From assembly GCA_964012805.1 (NCBI GenBank), contig CAXGUD010000037.1, forward strand, positions 1 to 33,860: 33,860 nt of DNA, given 5' to 3'. Below are positions 9,660 through 19,006 of this stretch, piece by piece. The notes under the pieces are model-generated. The model saw nothing but the letters and a program-made list of their open reading frames with translations. It was not told the DNA's origin and searched no databases. Within the stretch, counting starts at the first letter, position 1. Each line of letters opens with the position of its first letter. The position numbers and the translations under genes were made by a program. The stretch comes from an uncultured Bacteriovoracaceae bacterium. Lineage in GTDB: Bacteria > Bdellovibrionota > Bacteriovoracia > Bacteriovoracales > Bacteriovoracaceae.

Positions 9660-10520
9660 ATGATTAAAGAACGCAAGCAAATTGTCATGAGGGATAGTAC
9701 GAAAATTAACTGCCAAATTCATGAGGGAGGTCATCGGGTTTGGATTATAGGTCTTCATGGGATGGGAGACCATATGGGGAGGCATGATTATTTGATGAAA
9801 CTTTTTTCATCAGACTTTAATGTTTTTCAATATGATTTAAGAGGACATGGGGAAAGTGGTGGGAAAAGAGGGTTTGTTGAAGATTTTTCTTTCTTTACCG
9901 AGGACCTGGTTGAGATCATTGATTACTTGAAAAGAGATTATAGGATGGACCGCTATATACTGGTTGGTCACTCTATGGGTTCATTGATTGCCGCGGACTT
10001 AATTCAAAATTTTGGGGATAAGGTCTTATCTCCTGAGAGGTTGGTATTGAGTAGTCCTCTTATTGGTTTCAAGGGCATTGTTGGAGGCACTTTTAAGTTT
10101 CTCCCCTCAAAAATTCTCAATACTTTGGCAGGGATGAAATTAAGTTTTCCTATCTATAAAAAAAACTATTTGAGTTTTCTTACACATGATCCAGGAGTTC
10201 ATGAAAAAATAAAGGAAGATAATCTTATTTTAAGAAAGATACAAACGAAGCTTTATTTTGAGGTTCTTAAAGCTTCAAGAACAATTTTTTCCAAACCTAT
10301 AAGACCTACTTGCCCCTCTTTTTCAATTATTGGAGAGAGTGAGTTTATTGTAGATTTAAAAGAGTTTAACTTTTATTTTGATTTTGTAGAGAAGTCTTTT
10401 CAAATCAAAGTTATTGAAGGTGGGGCACACGAACTCCATAATGAAATAGGAAGATTTAGGTCACCCTATCTTGATTATTTAAAAAATATTTGTCTTGAAT
10501 CTCTCTACGATGTTGAGTGA
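9660..10520 (+). CDS. Alpha/beta hydrolase (lysophospholipase/monoacylglycerol lipase-like, Hydrolase_4)
   Basis: LHGMGDH, YDLRGHGES, nucleophile elbow GHSMG, C-terminal GAHELHNE. Start uncertain (TTG 9648 or ATG 9660). Confidence 0.9.
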   Translation: MIKERKQIVMRDSTKINCQIHEGGHRVWIIGLHGMGDHMGRHDYLMKLFSSDFNVFQYDLRGHGESGGKRGFVEDFSFFTEDLVEIIDYLKRDYRMDRYILVGHSMGSLIAADLIQNFGDKVLSPERLVLSSPLIGFKGIVGGTFKFLPSKILNTLAGMKLSFPIYKKNYLSFLTHDPGVHEKIKEDNLILRKIQTKLYFEVLKASRTIFSKPIRPTCPSFSIIGESEFIVDLKEFNFYFDFVEKSFQIKVIEGGAHELHNEIGRFRSPYLDYLKNICLESLYDVE

Positions 10521-11226
10521 ATTCGCCTAAATATTTTTGTCGAAATCCATCAAAAAAAAAACCAACAGATTCTAAAAAGCTGTCCAAAATGATGTCTCCA
10601 TCTTGCAGAGCTTTTTCAACGTCTTCTTTTGATATCTTATCTTTTAGCTCCATTTCCTGATAAACAAAATGGTAGGAGGCTTCGGGGTGACCCTGGATAC
10701 CCAAAAAAGGCAGGCTTTTATGTGTGATTAAATCGTAATGGCATTCGTTGGATGAGCCTAAGTGGATGAGATCTTGACCTAAGTTTTTAATTTCTTCTTT
10801 GTGGTAAACAATTGTGTTGAATCGAGCTCCTTCACAAAAACCCCACCTTTTGTCTTCTCGGAGGACTTTCCATTCCCTAATACCTTTATGGCTAAAAGGA
10901 GGTGTTTCGGAAGGTCCAATTTTTGATCCAAAAGCCTTGGCCAAAAGTTGGTGACCAAAGCATAGTCCAAAAACTGGTACGCCTTCTTCTAGCTTTGCAA
11001 GAAGAAATGAAACGACTTCTCTCTGCCAGGGAAGTTCATCATTTGCTGAAGAATGACTACCAAAGACAACTATCGCCTTAGCATTAACATCTTCCTTATA
11101 AGTATCATTACCTGTTATGGCCGGCAGGTGATAAGTGAAAGGAATTCTTGTTCTTTGAATCAGGCGATTTAGGCAATCATTTGAGGGGCTTGCAATTGCG
11201 CAATCGATGACAGATAAAGTTTCCAT
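10456..11226 (-). CDS. Class I glutamine amidotransferase-like protein (stand-alone, GMP synthase GATase-like)
   Basis: GLCFGHQLL nucleophile Cys and QGHPE His-Glu. Start set at ATG 11226 with an AAGGA SD. The 3' end overlaps the hydrolase gene by 65 bp. Confidence 0.88.
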   Translation of the reverse strand: METLSVIDCAIASPSNDCLNRLIQRTRIPFTYHLPAITGNDTYKEDVNAKAIVVFGSHSSANDELPWQREVVSFLLAKLEEGVPVFGLCFGHQLLAKAFGSKIGPSETPPFSHKGIREWKVLREDKRWGFCEGARFNTIVYHKEEIKNLGQDLIHLGSSNECHYDLITHKSLPFLGIQGHPEASYHFVYQEMELKDKISKEDVEKALQDGDIILDSFLESVGFFFDGFRQKYLGEFTQHRREIQDKYFLNNQDRVT

Positions 11227-11265
11227 AATATTTCCTTTTGACCTTGAAAATATAGACAACTGAAA

Positions 11266-11766
11266 ATGAAATTGAAAGATGAATATTCCCTCATTGTACC
11301 CTTCTCTTTTGGCGGGGTTCTGGTTAGGGCAAATAGAAAATGTATCCTTGAGTCAGCCTTTGTTAGGTCCAGGGATATTAAAAAAAGTAATGCATTGAAT
11401 ATGGGTAAGGAGGCTGAGGTACCACTGCTTAGGGAGGCCAAGAAGCAGCTAAATGATTACTTCAAAGGAAATTTTAGAGATTTATGCCTCCCTTTGGATG
11501 AGAGTGTTGGAACAGCTTTTCAAAGAAGTGTTTGGCTTTCTCTTCAAAAGATTCCTTTTGGTGAGACCAGGTCTTACCAAGATATTGCTTTAGCTGTTAA
11601 AAGCCCAAAAGGTAGCCAGGCGGTTGGGACCGCCAATAGTAAAAATCCCTTTGCTCTTTTTGTTCCATGCCATAGGGTAATTAATAAAAACGGTAACTTA
11701 GGAGGTTTTGGGGCTGGGAAAAGGTTGAAAAAGTGGCTTCTTCACTTTGAAGGTGTCAAAATTTAA
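11266..11766 (+). CDS. ogt: Methylated-DNA--protein-cysteine methyltransferase
   Basis: GTAFQRSVW, IPFGETRSY, AVGTANSKNP and the active site VPCHRV. KKWLLHFE C-terminus. Confidence 0.93.
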   Translation: MKLKDEYSLIVPFSFGGVLVRANRKCILESAFVRSRDIKKSNALNMGKEAEVPLLREAKKQLNDYFKGNFRDLCLPLDESVGTAFQRSVWLSLQKIPFGETRSYQDIALAVKSPKGSQAVGTANSKNPFALFVPCHRVINKNGNLGGFGAGKRLKKWLLHFEGVKI

Positions 11767-11870
11767 GGAAAAGTGAAGGAAGTTAGGGTCTTGACGTTTT
11801 TAATTTTGATAACAAAATGAGATTGTGGGTAAACATTTGAAATTCATTTTACTTATTCAGGAGTTTAGAC

Positions 11871-12773
11871 ATGTTTAAAAGAGTTGGATTATTTATATTA
11901 GTAAATATCTGCGTCATGGTGGTAGGTTCCTTTATGATCAGTTTGATTATGAAGGTTTTCGGTCTTGGTCCAAGCTATGGACCATCGGGGATTAATTATG
12001 GCAGCCTCATGACAATTTGCCTTGTTTGGGGGATGGCGGGATCCTTTGTCTCTCTTTTTATTTCAAAATGGATGGCCAAAACTATGTATGGCGTTCAGGT
12101 TCTTGAAACTCATGGGCCTTATGGCTCTTTGGTTCAAAAGGTCCATATGCTCTCAAAAAGGGCTGGGATTTCCAAAATGCCAGAGGTTGGGATTTATGAC
12201 AGTCCAGAAGCAAATGCTTTTGCAACCGGAGCCTCAAAAAATAACTCTCTCGTGGCGGTTTCCACTGGTCTTATGAATCAGATGTCTGATGATGAGCTTG
12301 AAGGTGTTCTTGCCCACGAAGTAGCCCACGTGGCCAATGGGGATATGGTAACAATGGCACTTGTCCAAGGTGTTGTGAATGCCTTTGTTATGTTCTTTGC
12401 AAGGATTGTTACCTTTGCCATAGATAATTTTCTTCGTGGTGATGATGAAGAGGGTAGCGGCTTAGGCTTTTTTGCTTCCATGTTTGTTAATATGGCCCTC
12501 CAAGTTATTTTTGGGATTTTGGCGGCACCAATCGTCATGGGCTTTTCAAGATGGAGAGAATATAGAGCGGATGCAGGAAGTGCTCAGTTGGCAGGTAAAG
12601 AGAAAATGATAGCAGCTTTAGAAGCTTTGAAAAGGAATTATAATCAGCTTGGTGATGCTGAGAGCTCTGTTAAGGCGATGCAAATTTCATCTAAAGAGAG
12701 CTTTATGGAACTCTTTTCAAGTCATCCTCCACTTGAAAAAAGAATCCAGGCTTTAAAGAAGCTTTCTCGATAA
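11871..12773 (+). CDS. htpX: Membrane zinc metalloprotease HtpX (M48B)
   Basis: NAFATG, VAVSTGL, HEVAHVANGDMVT (HExxH), FSRWREYRADAG and SHPPLEKRI. SD AGGAG. Confidence 0.96.
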   Translation: MFKRVGLFILVNICVMVVGSFMISLIMKVFGLGPSYGPSGINYGSLMTICLVWGMAGSFVSLFISKWMAKTMYGVQVLETHGPYGSLVQKVHMLSKRAGISKMPEVGIYDSPEANAFATGASKNNSLVAVSTGLMNQMSDDELEGVLAHEVAHVANGDMVTMALVQGVVNAFVMFFARIVTFAIDNFLRGDDEEGSGLGFFASMFVNMALQVIFGILAAPIVMGFSRWREYRADAGSAQLAGKEKMIAALEALKRNYNQLGDAESSVKAMQISSKESFMELFSSHPPLEKRIQALKKLSR

Positions 12774-12813
12774 AAAAGATAGTCTTTAAAAAAGCGAAAG
12801 ATGTATCAATATT

Positions 12814-12869
12814 AAGGCCCTTTTTCATATTGAGCTTGAAAAGCTTCGGTATGAGAAAGGGCCTTTTTT
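12814..12869. terminator. Long hairpin, probable bidirectional terminator between htpX and the Ste24-like gene
   Basis: AAGGCCCTTTTTCATATTGAGCTT-GAA-AAGCTTCGGTATGAGAAAGGGCCTT forms a ~24-bp stem with G-U pairs on the + strand, followed by a T-tract. Confidence 0.8.
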
Positions 12870-12908
12870 CTTTTTTAATTGAAAAGTAAAAGGGTAATGA
12901 GTCAGTTT

Positions 12909-14168
12909 TTAAGCCTTTTGAATAAGGCTTTCCAAATATTTTACTCTAATCAGTGCCGGTGGGTGTGAGTGGTAAAAAGCGCTGTAAAGAGGATCTGGTG
13001 TGAGGGTTGAAGCATTGTCTTTGTAAAGTTTAACCAAAGCAGAAATAAGTTTACTCGCCTTCGCATTCTTAGAAGCAAACTCATCAGCTTCGAATTCATA
13101 CTTTCTAGAAGTAAGGGATGAGAGGGGGGTTAAAAGAAAAGTATAGGCCCCTGATATCATGCTAAAAAGCAGAAGTGCCATATAATCTGAAGGTTCTGTA
13201 GTAACTCCGTGACCTAGATAGAAACTCTTTAAATTGTAGACATAGCCAAGGATTGCAAAGCCAATAAAAGAAAATATAAGAGACTTAGCAAGCCCTTTAA
13301 GAACGTGCTTCTTTTTAAAATGCCCTAGCTCATGTGCCAAAACAGCTTCAACTTCGTCGGCTTCAAGTGTTTTAATAAGGTTGTCAAAAAAGACAATCCT
13401 CTTATTTTTTCCAAACCCGGTAAAGTATGCATTTCCGTGGGAGCTTCTTTTTGAAGCATCCATGACAAAAAGGCCTTTGCTCTTAAAGTCCGTTCTTTCA
13501 AGAAGACCTAAGACCCTATTTTTAACTTCTCCCTCTTCTAAAGGGGAAAACTTGTTAAAAAGAGGGGCAATAAAAGTTGGATAGGCCCACATAAGAACGA
13601 TTTGAAAAGCTGTTAAAAAAGTCCATGCATAGATCCACCAGTTAGAGGAGAGTTCTGCCATGATCCATAAAGTTCCCAAAAGAAGAGGTGTACCTAAGAC
13701 TAGAGTCAGTATGATTCCTTTAAGCATATCCATTACAAAAACTTTAGGGGTTGTTTTGTTAAAGCCAAATTTTTCTTCAAGTACAAAAGTGGAATAAAGT
13801 GATTCAGGAAGACCTAGGACCATTGATATAAGGAAGAAGAACCCCATAAAAGCCAGCGCTTGGTTTGTAGGAGTCAAAGAAAAGGATCGGACAAATTTAT
13901 CAAGGCCATCAAGCCCCCCAAAGTAAGTCCAGCCAAGTAAAACCGCAGTGTTGATAACACTGAAGATATTAGAGGAATTAATTTTTGCTATAGTGTAATC
14001 CGCAGCTTTTTGGTGTTCTACAAGCGAAATTTGATCTTTAAATTTTTCAGGAACTTCATTTCTATTTTTTAAAACGTATCTTTTATTTCTCGTATCAAGG
14101 TAGTGCCCGATGATATAGCGTGAGAAGACGAAAAACAGAAAGAGTTGTGTTATGTAGTGACTCGACAT
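12909..14168 (-). CDS. M48A family (Ste24/CAAX prenyl protease-like) membrane metallopeptidase
   Basis: FVLEEKFGFNKTT, IAPLFNKFSPL, MDASKRSSHGNAYFTGFG, HELGH (HExxH), EFEADEF and HSHPP. SD GAGGG. Confidence 0.95.
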   Translation of the reverse strand: MSSHYITQLFLFFVFSRYIIGHYLDTRNKRYVLKNRNEVPEKFKDQISLVEHQKAADYTIAKINSSNIFSVINTAVLLGWTYFGGLDGLDKFVRSFSLTPTNQALAFMGFFFLISMVLGLPESLYSTFVLEEKFGFNKTTPKVFVMDMLKGIILTLVLGTPLLLGTLWIMAELSSNWWIYAWTFLTAFQIVLMWAYPTFIAPLFNKFSPLEEGEVKNRVLGLLERTDFKSKGLFVMDASKRSSHGNAYFTGFGKNKRIVFFDNLIKTLEADEVEAVLAHELGHFKKKHVLKGLAKSLIFSFIGFAILGYVYNLKSFYLGHGVTTEPSDYMALLLFSMISGAYTFLLTPLSSLTSRKYEFEADEFASKNAKASKLISALVKLYKDNASTLTPDPLYSAFYHSHPPALIRVKYLESLIQKA

Positions 14169-14274
14169 GTTAACCCCTCAAAGGATTGGTATTTTTTAAT
14201 TGTTTTGCTACCCTAGCTCACTAGAATCTAGCAAATTGCCTTTAGCAAGGCGAGTTTTTCTTAGGATTTATTCA

Positions 14275-15060
14275 GTGGAAGTACACCAAATTTATACCTC
14301 AAGTTTTTTAAGGAATTTTTCATATGTTTTGGAGTCCCCAGAATTAAAGTTTGCTTATTGCATTGACCCATGGGATGCCGATCAAATAATTGAAATTTTG
14401 AATAAAAAAAGTCTGAAGCTTAAGGCCATTATCAATACTCACGAGCACGGTGACCATACACGGGGAAATGAAAGTCTTGTAAAAAAGACAGGTTGCCAGG
14501 TATGGGCCCATAAAAATGCTAAAGGTAAGATTTCAGGGATAGATACTTTTTTAAATGGCGGGGAGAAAATTTCCCTGGAAAGGGGATGGTCTCTTCGCGT
14601 TTTGGATACCCCTGGGCATACCTTTGCCCACCTCTGCCTTTTACTTGAAGGACCAGATGGTCCAACGGGCCTTTTTAGCGGAGACACATTATTCAATGCC
14701 GGTGTTGGAAATTGTCACAATGGAGGAGATCCTGAAGTTCTTTTTGAGACTGTTTCAGAGCAGTTAAAGGACTTGCCGGGAGATGTTTTGTTGTATCCTG
14801 GTCATGAATACTTGGAGAATAACCTAGGTTTTACTCTTGATAGAGAGCCGAGCAATGCAAAGGCAAGGGACCTTTTTAATGAAGTGCAAAAAATTAACCC
14901 ATTGCCGAGTGGATACAGGATTTTCAACATGGATTTAGAAAGAAAAATAAATACATTTTTTCGTCTAGAAAATGAAGAGATAAGAAAAGGTTTACCTGGA
15001 GTCGTAGATTCTGATAAACAAGTCTTTTTAAGGCTTAGAGAACTTAGAAATAAATGGTAA
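14275..15060 (+). CDS. gloB: Hydroxyacylglutathione hydrolase (glyoxalase II)-like metallo-beta-lactamase-fold protein
   Basis: THEHGDHT (HxHxDH), TPGHT, FSGDTLF, YPGHEY..NNL.F and LRELRNKW C-terminal domain. Start set at GTG 14275 (AGGA upstream). Confidence 0.85.
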   Translation: MEVHQIYTSSFLRNFSYVLESPELKFAYCIDPWDADQIIEILNKKSLKLKAIINTHEHGDHTRGNESLVKKTGCQVWAHKNAKGKISGIDTFLNGGEKISLERGWSLRVLDTPGHTFAHLCLLLEGPDGPTGLFSGDTLFNAGVGNCHNGGDPEVLFETVSEQLKDLPGDVLLYPGHEYLENNLGFTLDREPSNAKARDLFNEVQKINPLPSGYRIFNMDLERKINTFFRLENEEIRKGLPGVVDSDKQVFLRLRELRNKW

Positions 15061-15117
15061 ATTTCTTGCCTGAGCCTTTTTAAGAAATGTTTAGTAGTTA
15101 AATTTTAGGAGGAATGA

Positions 15118-15591
15118 ATGCCTTTACCAAAAATAGGAAACTTGGCCCCCGCTTTTACTCTTTTAGACGAAGATGAAAATAAGATCTCTTTAAAGGACTT
15201 TAAAGGAAAGAAAAACGTAGTAGTTTATTTCTACCCAAAGGCCCTTACACCTGGTTGTACGACTCAAGCTTGTGCTATTCGGGATTCTAAGAAAAAGTTT
15301 GATAAATCCGGAACAGTTATTTTAGGAATAAGCCCAGATGCTCCTAAAAAGCTTATGAATTTTGTTGAAAAAAAAGACCTTAACTTTACATTGCTCTCTG
15401 ATGAGGATCATAAAATTGCTGAAAAGTATGGGGTGTGGGGCTTAAAAAAATTTATGGGTAGAGAGTATATGGGTGTTCATAGAATGACCTTTATTATTGG
15501 TAAAGATGGTCGCCTTAAGCATATAATGGAAAAAGTGAACACGAAGACACATCACGAAGATGTACTTCTTTATATTAAAGAAAATCTCTAA
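15118..15591 (+). CDS. bcp: Thioredoxin-dependent thiol peroxidase (BCP/PrxQ)
   Basis: VVYFYPKALTPGCTTQAC (CxxxxC) motif. SD AGGAGG. Confidence 0.95.
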   Translation: MPLPKIGNLAPAFTLLDEDENKISLKDFKGKKNVVVYFYPKALTPGCTTQACAIRDSKKKFDKSGTVILGISPDAPKKLMNFVEKKDLNFTLLSDEDHKIAEKYGVWGLKKFMGREYMGVHRMTFIIGKDGRLKHIMEKVNTKTHHEDVLLYIKENL

Positions 15592-15599
15592 GCGTTATT

Positions 15600-15636
15600 A
15601 AAGACTGCAAGAGGCAGGGCTTTTTTGCAGTCTTTT
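15600..15636 (+). terminator. Intrinsic terminator after bcp
   Basis: AAAGACTGCAA...TTGCAGTCTTT inverted repeat starting 8 nt after the stop codon. Confidence 0.7.
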
Positions 15637-15653
15637 CCAATCAGGGAGTCCTC

Positions 15654-16541
15654 ATGAAGCAGCCCCTAGGGTTATCTAAAAAGCCTTTTTCTTCTATTTC
15701 CTCGTTTTTTATTTTCATTCTTTGTTTAAACTTCCTTACTTCTTGTGGGCAGAGAAATCAAAGAAGACCACTAATTGATTTGGGAGATACAAAAAAGCCC
15801 TCGATAGAAGATGGTGTTCTGGAGGTAAGAGATGAACTTTACTCCTGGCTTGAAGAGGCTGCATCAGGGCCTTTGAGCTATCCTGAAGAAAGGGAACAAT
15901 TGACCTATGATATTGTTTATAAAAATCCGAAAAAAATTAGTTTTCGGGTCACAGGATCTAACCTTTTTTGTAAAGGATATTTTAAAAGGGCTTCAATAAC
16001 TAAAAGATTTTTAGAAGGTGATAATGAAAAAGGTATCTACTCTTTTTCTGTGGTGAAAAAATTAAAAGATTTTGAATTAGATATTGGTTATGGAAAGGAA
16101 GCTAGAGAGGATTGCGAGGACTTTTATAAAAAGTCTGAGTTACCTCCAATAAAAGAAACGGTAAATCCAGAAAAGAGAAGGGAAGAGTTTTTAAGTTTAT
16201 TTAAAGAGAAAATTGATTCATCACTACGGGCATGCCGGTCTAATGAATTATTTAAAGGGCAAAGATGCGTGGATTTAGAGATGGAGTTTTCTAAAAGTTT
16301 CTACCGACAACTTTCGTGGAAAGAAGATGCTGCTAATTTAAATATGGTTTTTTCATTACAATCTGTTGATGGTATGACGTCTCAAAAAGAAGTCAAAATA
16401 TACTTCAGTCCTTTTCGCTATTACCTTCCCGGTGGGAATGTTTTGGCAAAAAAAGGTGACTTTCCACAAGTTCAGAGGAATCAAAGTGTTGATTTCATAT
16501 TTGAAATCAGGAACTTGAAATTACTTTTTTCTTCAAATTAA
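15654..16541 (+). CDS. Hypothetical lipoprotein
   Basis: Basic N-terminus, hydrophobic stretch and lipobox-like LTSC. SD AGGGAG. No family recognised. Confidence 0.75.
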   Translation: MKQPLGLSKKPFSSISSFFIFILCLNFLTSCGQRNQRRPLIDLGDTKKPSIEDGVLEVRDELYSWLEEAASGPLSYPEEREQLTYDIVYKNPKKISFRVTGSNLFCKGYFKRASITKRFLEGDNEKGIYSFSVVKKLKDFELDIGYGKEAREDCEDFYKKSELPPIKETVNPEKRREEFLSLFKEKIDSSLRACRSNELFKGQRCVDLEMEFSKSFYRQLSWKEDAANLNMVFSLQSVDGMTSQKEVKIYFSPFRYYLPGGNVLAKKGDFPQVQRNQSVDFIFEIRNLKLLFSSN

Positions 16542-16593
16542 TTGGAATTTGCTAGGATCTTCATGGTAGAAGACCATCTTATTGGAGGTTACC

Positions 16594-17757
16594 GTGTCGC
16601 CTTTTCTCTGTTTTAAAAGAAAAAAAATTACTTCGTTCCTAGCATCTCTTTTGATCCCCGTTCTAATTTTAAGCTCATGCCAAGGCCACTCTCTTAAACA
16701 AATTGGTCTTATGACCTATAATGTGGAAAACCTTTTTGACACTAAGCATGATAAGGGTAAGCGGGATTGGGAGTATTTACCGAAAGAGTTTGTCGGAAAA
16801 GAAAAGGAATGCAAGAAGATCAGGAAAAAGAGGTATAGGAATAACTGTTTAAAATCTGATTGGACTCATAAAAGACTTCAATTGAAACTTTCTCAAATCA
16901 AAAGGGTCATTTTTTCAAATGGAGGGGAAAAACCGGAGTTTTTGGCCCTTCAAGAAGTGGAAAATGAGAATGTTATAAGTCTTCTGGCAAAGGAGCTTGG
17001 TTACTCCGACATGATAGTTTCTCAGAGCCCAGATAAAAGAGGCATAGACCTTGCAATTCTCTATTCAGAATCTTCCTCTTTAAAAAAAGTGGGGGTTTTT
17101 GAGCATGAGCTTAAAGATGGTTATTTTAAAAGACGTCCAAGTCGAAATATTCTAGAGGGACATTTTTTAATTAATGGGAAATACGACCTTGCAATTTATG
17201 TCAATCACTGGCCAAGTCAAGGAAACCCTACGCGAGCGAGGGTTTCGGCTGCAAATAAACTGAAGTTTTTGATTGAGAAAAGGTTAAAAGAAAAGCCAAC
17301 AGGAGCTATTTTGGCAGTTGGTGATTTTAATATTCTTCCCTATGAAAACCCACACCCAGTAAATAATATTTTTCTTTCATTAAAATCTATGAAAGATGTT
17401 CATGAGCTTTTTATGAATAATTCTTCCATTTCCCAAAAAGAAAAAAATAAAATTCCACTTGGGACCTACTTCTACCCACCCAAGAGGGAGTGGAACCGTT
17501 TTGACAGAATTTTTGTCAACAAAAATTTAATAAAAGAGGAAAAAAAGAAAGGTCTATTCTTGGACTTAGCTAAATATAAAATTTATAACCCCGACTTTAT
17601 TACTACGTCTTTAAAGTTAAGGAAGAAATATTCTGGAGATGGATCGTCAGTAGTTAGAGGAGTCCCCTTTCGTTACAATTTCTTAGCAGATAAGTCTGAT
17701 AGGGCAGGGTTTTCCGATCATTTTCCAGTCTTTGTAAAATTGAAAGTTAAAAATTGA
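16594..17757 (+). CDS. Endonuclease/exonuclease/phosphatase (EEP) family lipoprotein, probable extracellular nuclease
   Basis: Lipobox LSSC, MTYNVENLFD, LQEVEN, DKRGID, VNHWPS, GDFN, FDRIF and GFSDHFPV. Start set at GTG 16594 after GGAGG. Confidence 0.9.
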   Translation: MSPFLCFKRKKITSFLASLLIPVLILSSCQGHSLKQIGLMTYNVENLFDTKHDKGKRDWEYLPKEFVGKEKECKKIRKKRYRNNCLKSDWTHKRLQLKLSQIKRVIFSNGGEKPEFLALQEVENENVISLLAKELGYSDMIVSQSPDKRGIDLAILYSESSSLKKVGVFEHELKDGYFKRRPSRNILEGHFLINGKYDLAIYVNHWPSQGNPTRARVSAANKLKFLIEKRLKEKPTGAILAVGDFNILPYENPHPVNNIFLSLKSMKDVHELFMNNSSISQKEKNKIPLGTYFYPPKREWNRFDRIFVNKNLIKEEKKKGLFLDLAKYKIYNPDFITTSLKLRKKYSGDGSSVVRGVPFRYNFLADKSDRAGFSDHFPVFVKLKVKN

Positions 17758-17787
17758 GCCTCTTCAAGAAAGCTGACCTTTTTATTT

Positions 17788-18054
17788 TTACCTGTCTTGA
17801 ATGATTTCTTTTTTAAGAAATATAATTGAAAAACTTCTAGAGAGAATCTCCAGTATATGATCTACGTCTTCTTGGAAGTCTAAACTTCCCTTTATATCAA
17901 TATCTCTAAAAAGTTGTCCTTTTTCATGATCTAAAGTCGAGTAAAAGCACAGGCCTTCATTTGATTCAAGAGTGAAATAAGTGAAAGATGACTGCTCTTT
18001 TGGAACTCTTATTATATAATGGAAGAGGTCCAGGTCTTTCTGTTGGCCTAACAT
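17788..18054 (-). CDS. Small conserved protein, DUF4911-like
   Basis: The pattern IRVPKEQSSFTYFTLESNEGLCFYSTLD resembles DUF4911 (F.LE..EG....ST.D). SD GGAG. Confidence 0.7.
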   Translation of the reverse strand: MLGQQKDLDLFHYIIRVPKEQSSFTYFTLESNEGLCFYSTLDHEKGQLFRDIDIKGSLDFQEDVDHILEILSRSFSIIFLKKEIIQDR

Positions 18055-18077
18055 GTTTACTCCAGGCTTCCTTAAGA

Positions 18078-18105
18078 TTGACTTGAGAGGGACCTAGACT
18101 ACAAT
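18078..18105 (+). promoter_or_regulatory. Putative sigma70 promoter for the TPR-lipoprotein / LysM operon
   Basis: TTGACT (18078-18083), 16-nt spacer, TACAAT (18100-18105). Confidence 0.55.
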
Positions 18106-18230
18106 AAAAGACGGACCCTCATTAGATACTTTTGGGGGATCTTATAGGTCATGGAGGACGAAATGGGAAAGAAATTTTGCATCGTGTTTTTCCTTTTTTC
18201 CAAAATCCTCCATAAATTAAAGGTTTAATC

Positions 18231-18977
18231 ATGAAAACAAAGTTCCTTTTGATGACCATTATTCTGAGTTTGAGCCTTTTTTCGAGCTGTTCTTGGATTA
18301 AAAAGAGAAGAAGTTTCTTTTGGGAGGATCCTAAAAAAAGCATTTTAGAAGAGAACCCAGATAAGGTTTCTAGAACCCAATATCAAAAACTGATGAAGAA
18401 GTATGAAGAACTTTTAAAGCGTCACCGAGAAAGCCAATGGTTTGGAAAAAAGCCTGGAGAACATGGAAGAAAATCGGAGAAAATTGTCAACGACTTGGGA
18501 AGGATAAAACCAAAAATTGAGCTTGCTGAAACTATTGATCTGTTTGGAAAGCCAGTTATTGAAGAAAAAGAAAAGGAAGAGAGCTTAGAACTTGTTAAAA
18601 TAAGAGAGATGCCAACTTTTGTCGGGATAGAAGGGCCAACGAGAAGTCTTCAAGAAGAAATTGAAAACCTTATTAGAGCAAGGGCCTACGTACAAAGAAA
18701 GAAACTAAATAAAGCTATGGATCTTTTGAAAAATTTGGATAAATCGAAAGACCTGCAAATAAGGGTGAGGGCCAAATATTATATTGGAGAAATTCTTTTT
18801 ATCCAGGAAGAATACGACTTGGCGATGCAGGTTTTTGAAGAAGTTATTAGTAAACATGCCTTTTCTGCGATGACCATAAGAAGTCTGGATCGGTTGGTTG
18901 CATGTTCAAAAAAATTGGAATTAAGTAAAAAGGAAAGGAGATATTATTCAATTTTGAAAGATATCTTTAAATCATAA
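18231..18977 (+). CDS. TPR-containing lipoprotein (CpoB/YbgF-like C-terminus)
   Basis: Lipobox FSSC. C-terminal TPR-like AKYYIGEILFIQEEYDLAMQVFEEVISKH. Confidence 0.8.
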   Translation: MKTKFLLMTIILSLSLFSSCSWIKKRRSFFWEDPKKSILEENPDKVSRTQYQKLMKKYEELLKRHRESQWFGKKPGEHGRKSEKIVNDLGRIKPKIELAETIDLFGKPVIEEKEKEESLELVKIREMPTFVGIEGPTRSLQEEIENLIRARAYVQRKKLNKAMDLLKNLDKSKDLQIRVRAKYYIGEILFIQEEYDLAMQVFEEVISKHAFSAMTIRSLDRLVACSKKLELSKKERRYYSILKDIFKS

Positions 18978-19006
18978 ATTCATTTTTAGACCATGGATGG
19001 TTTTCA

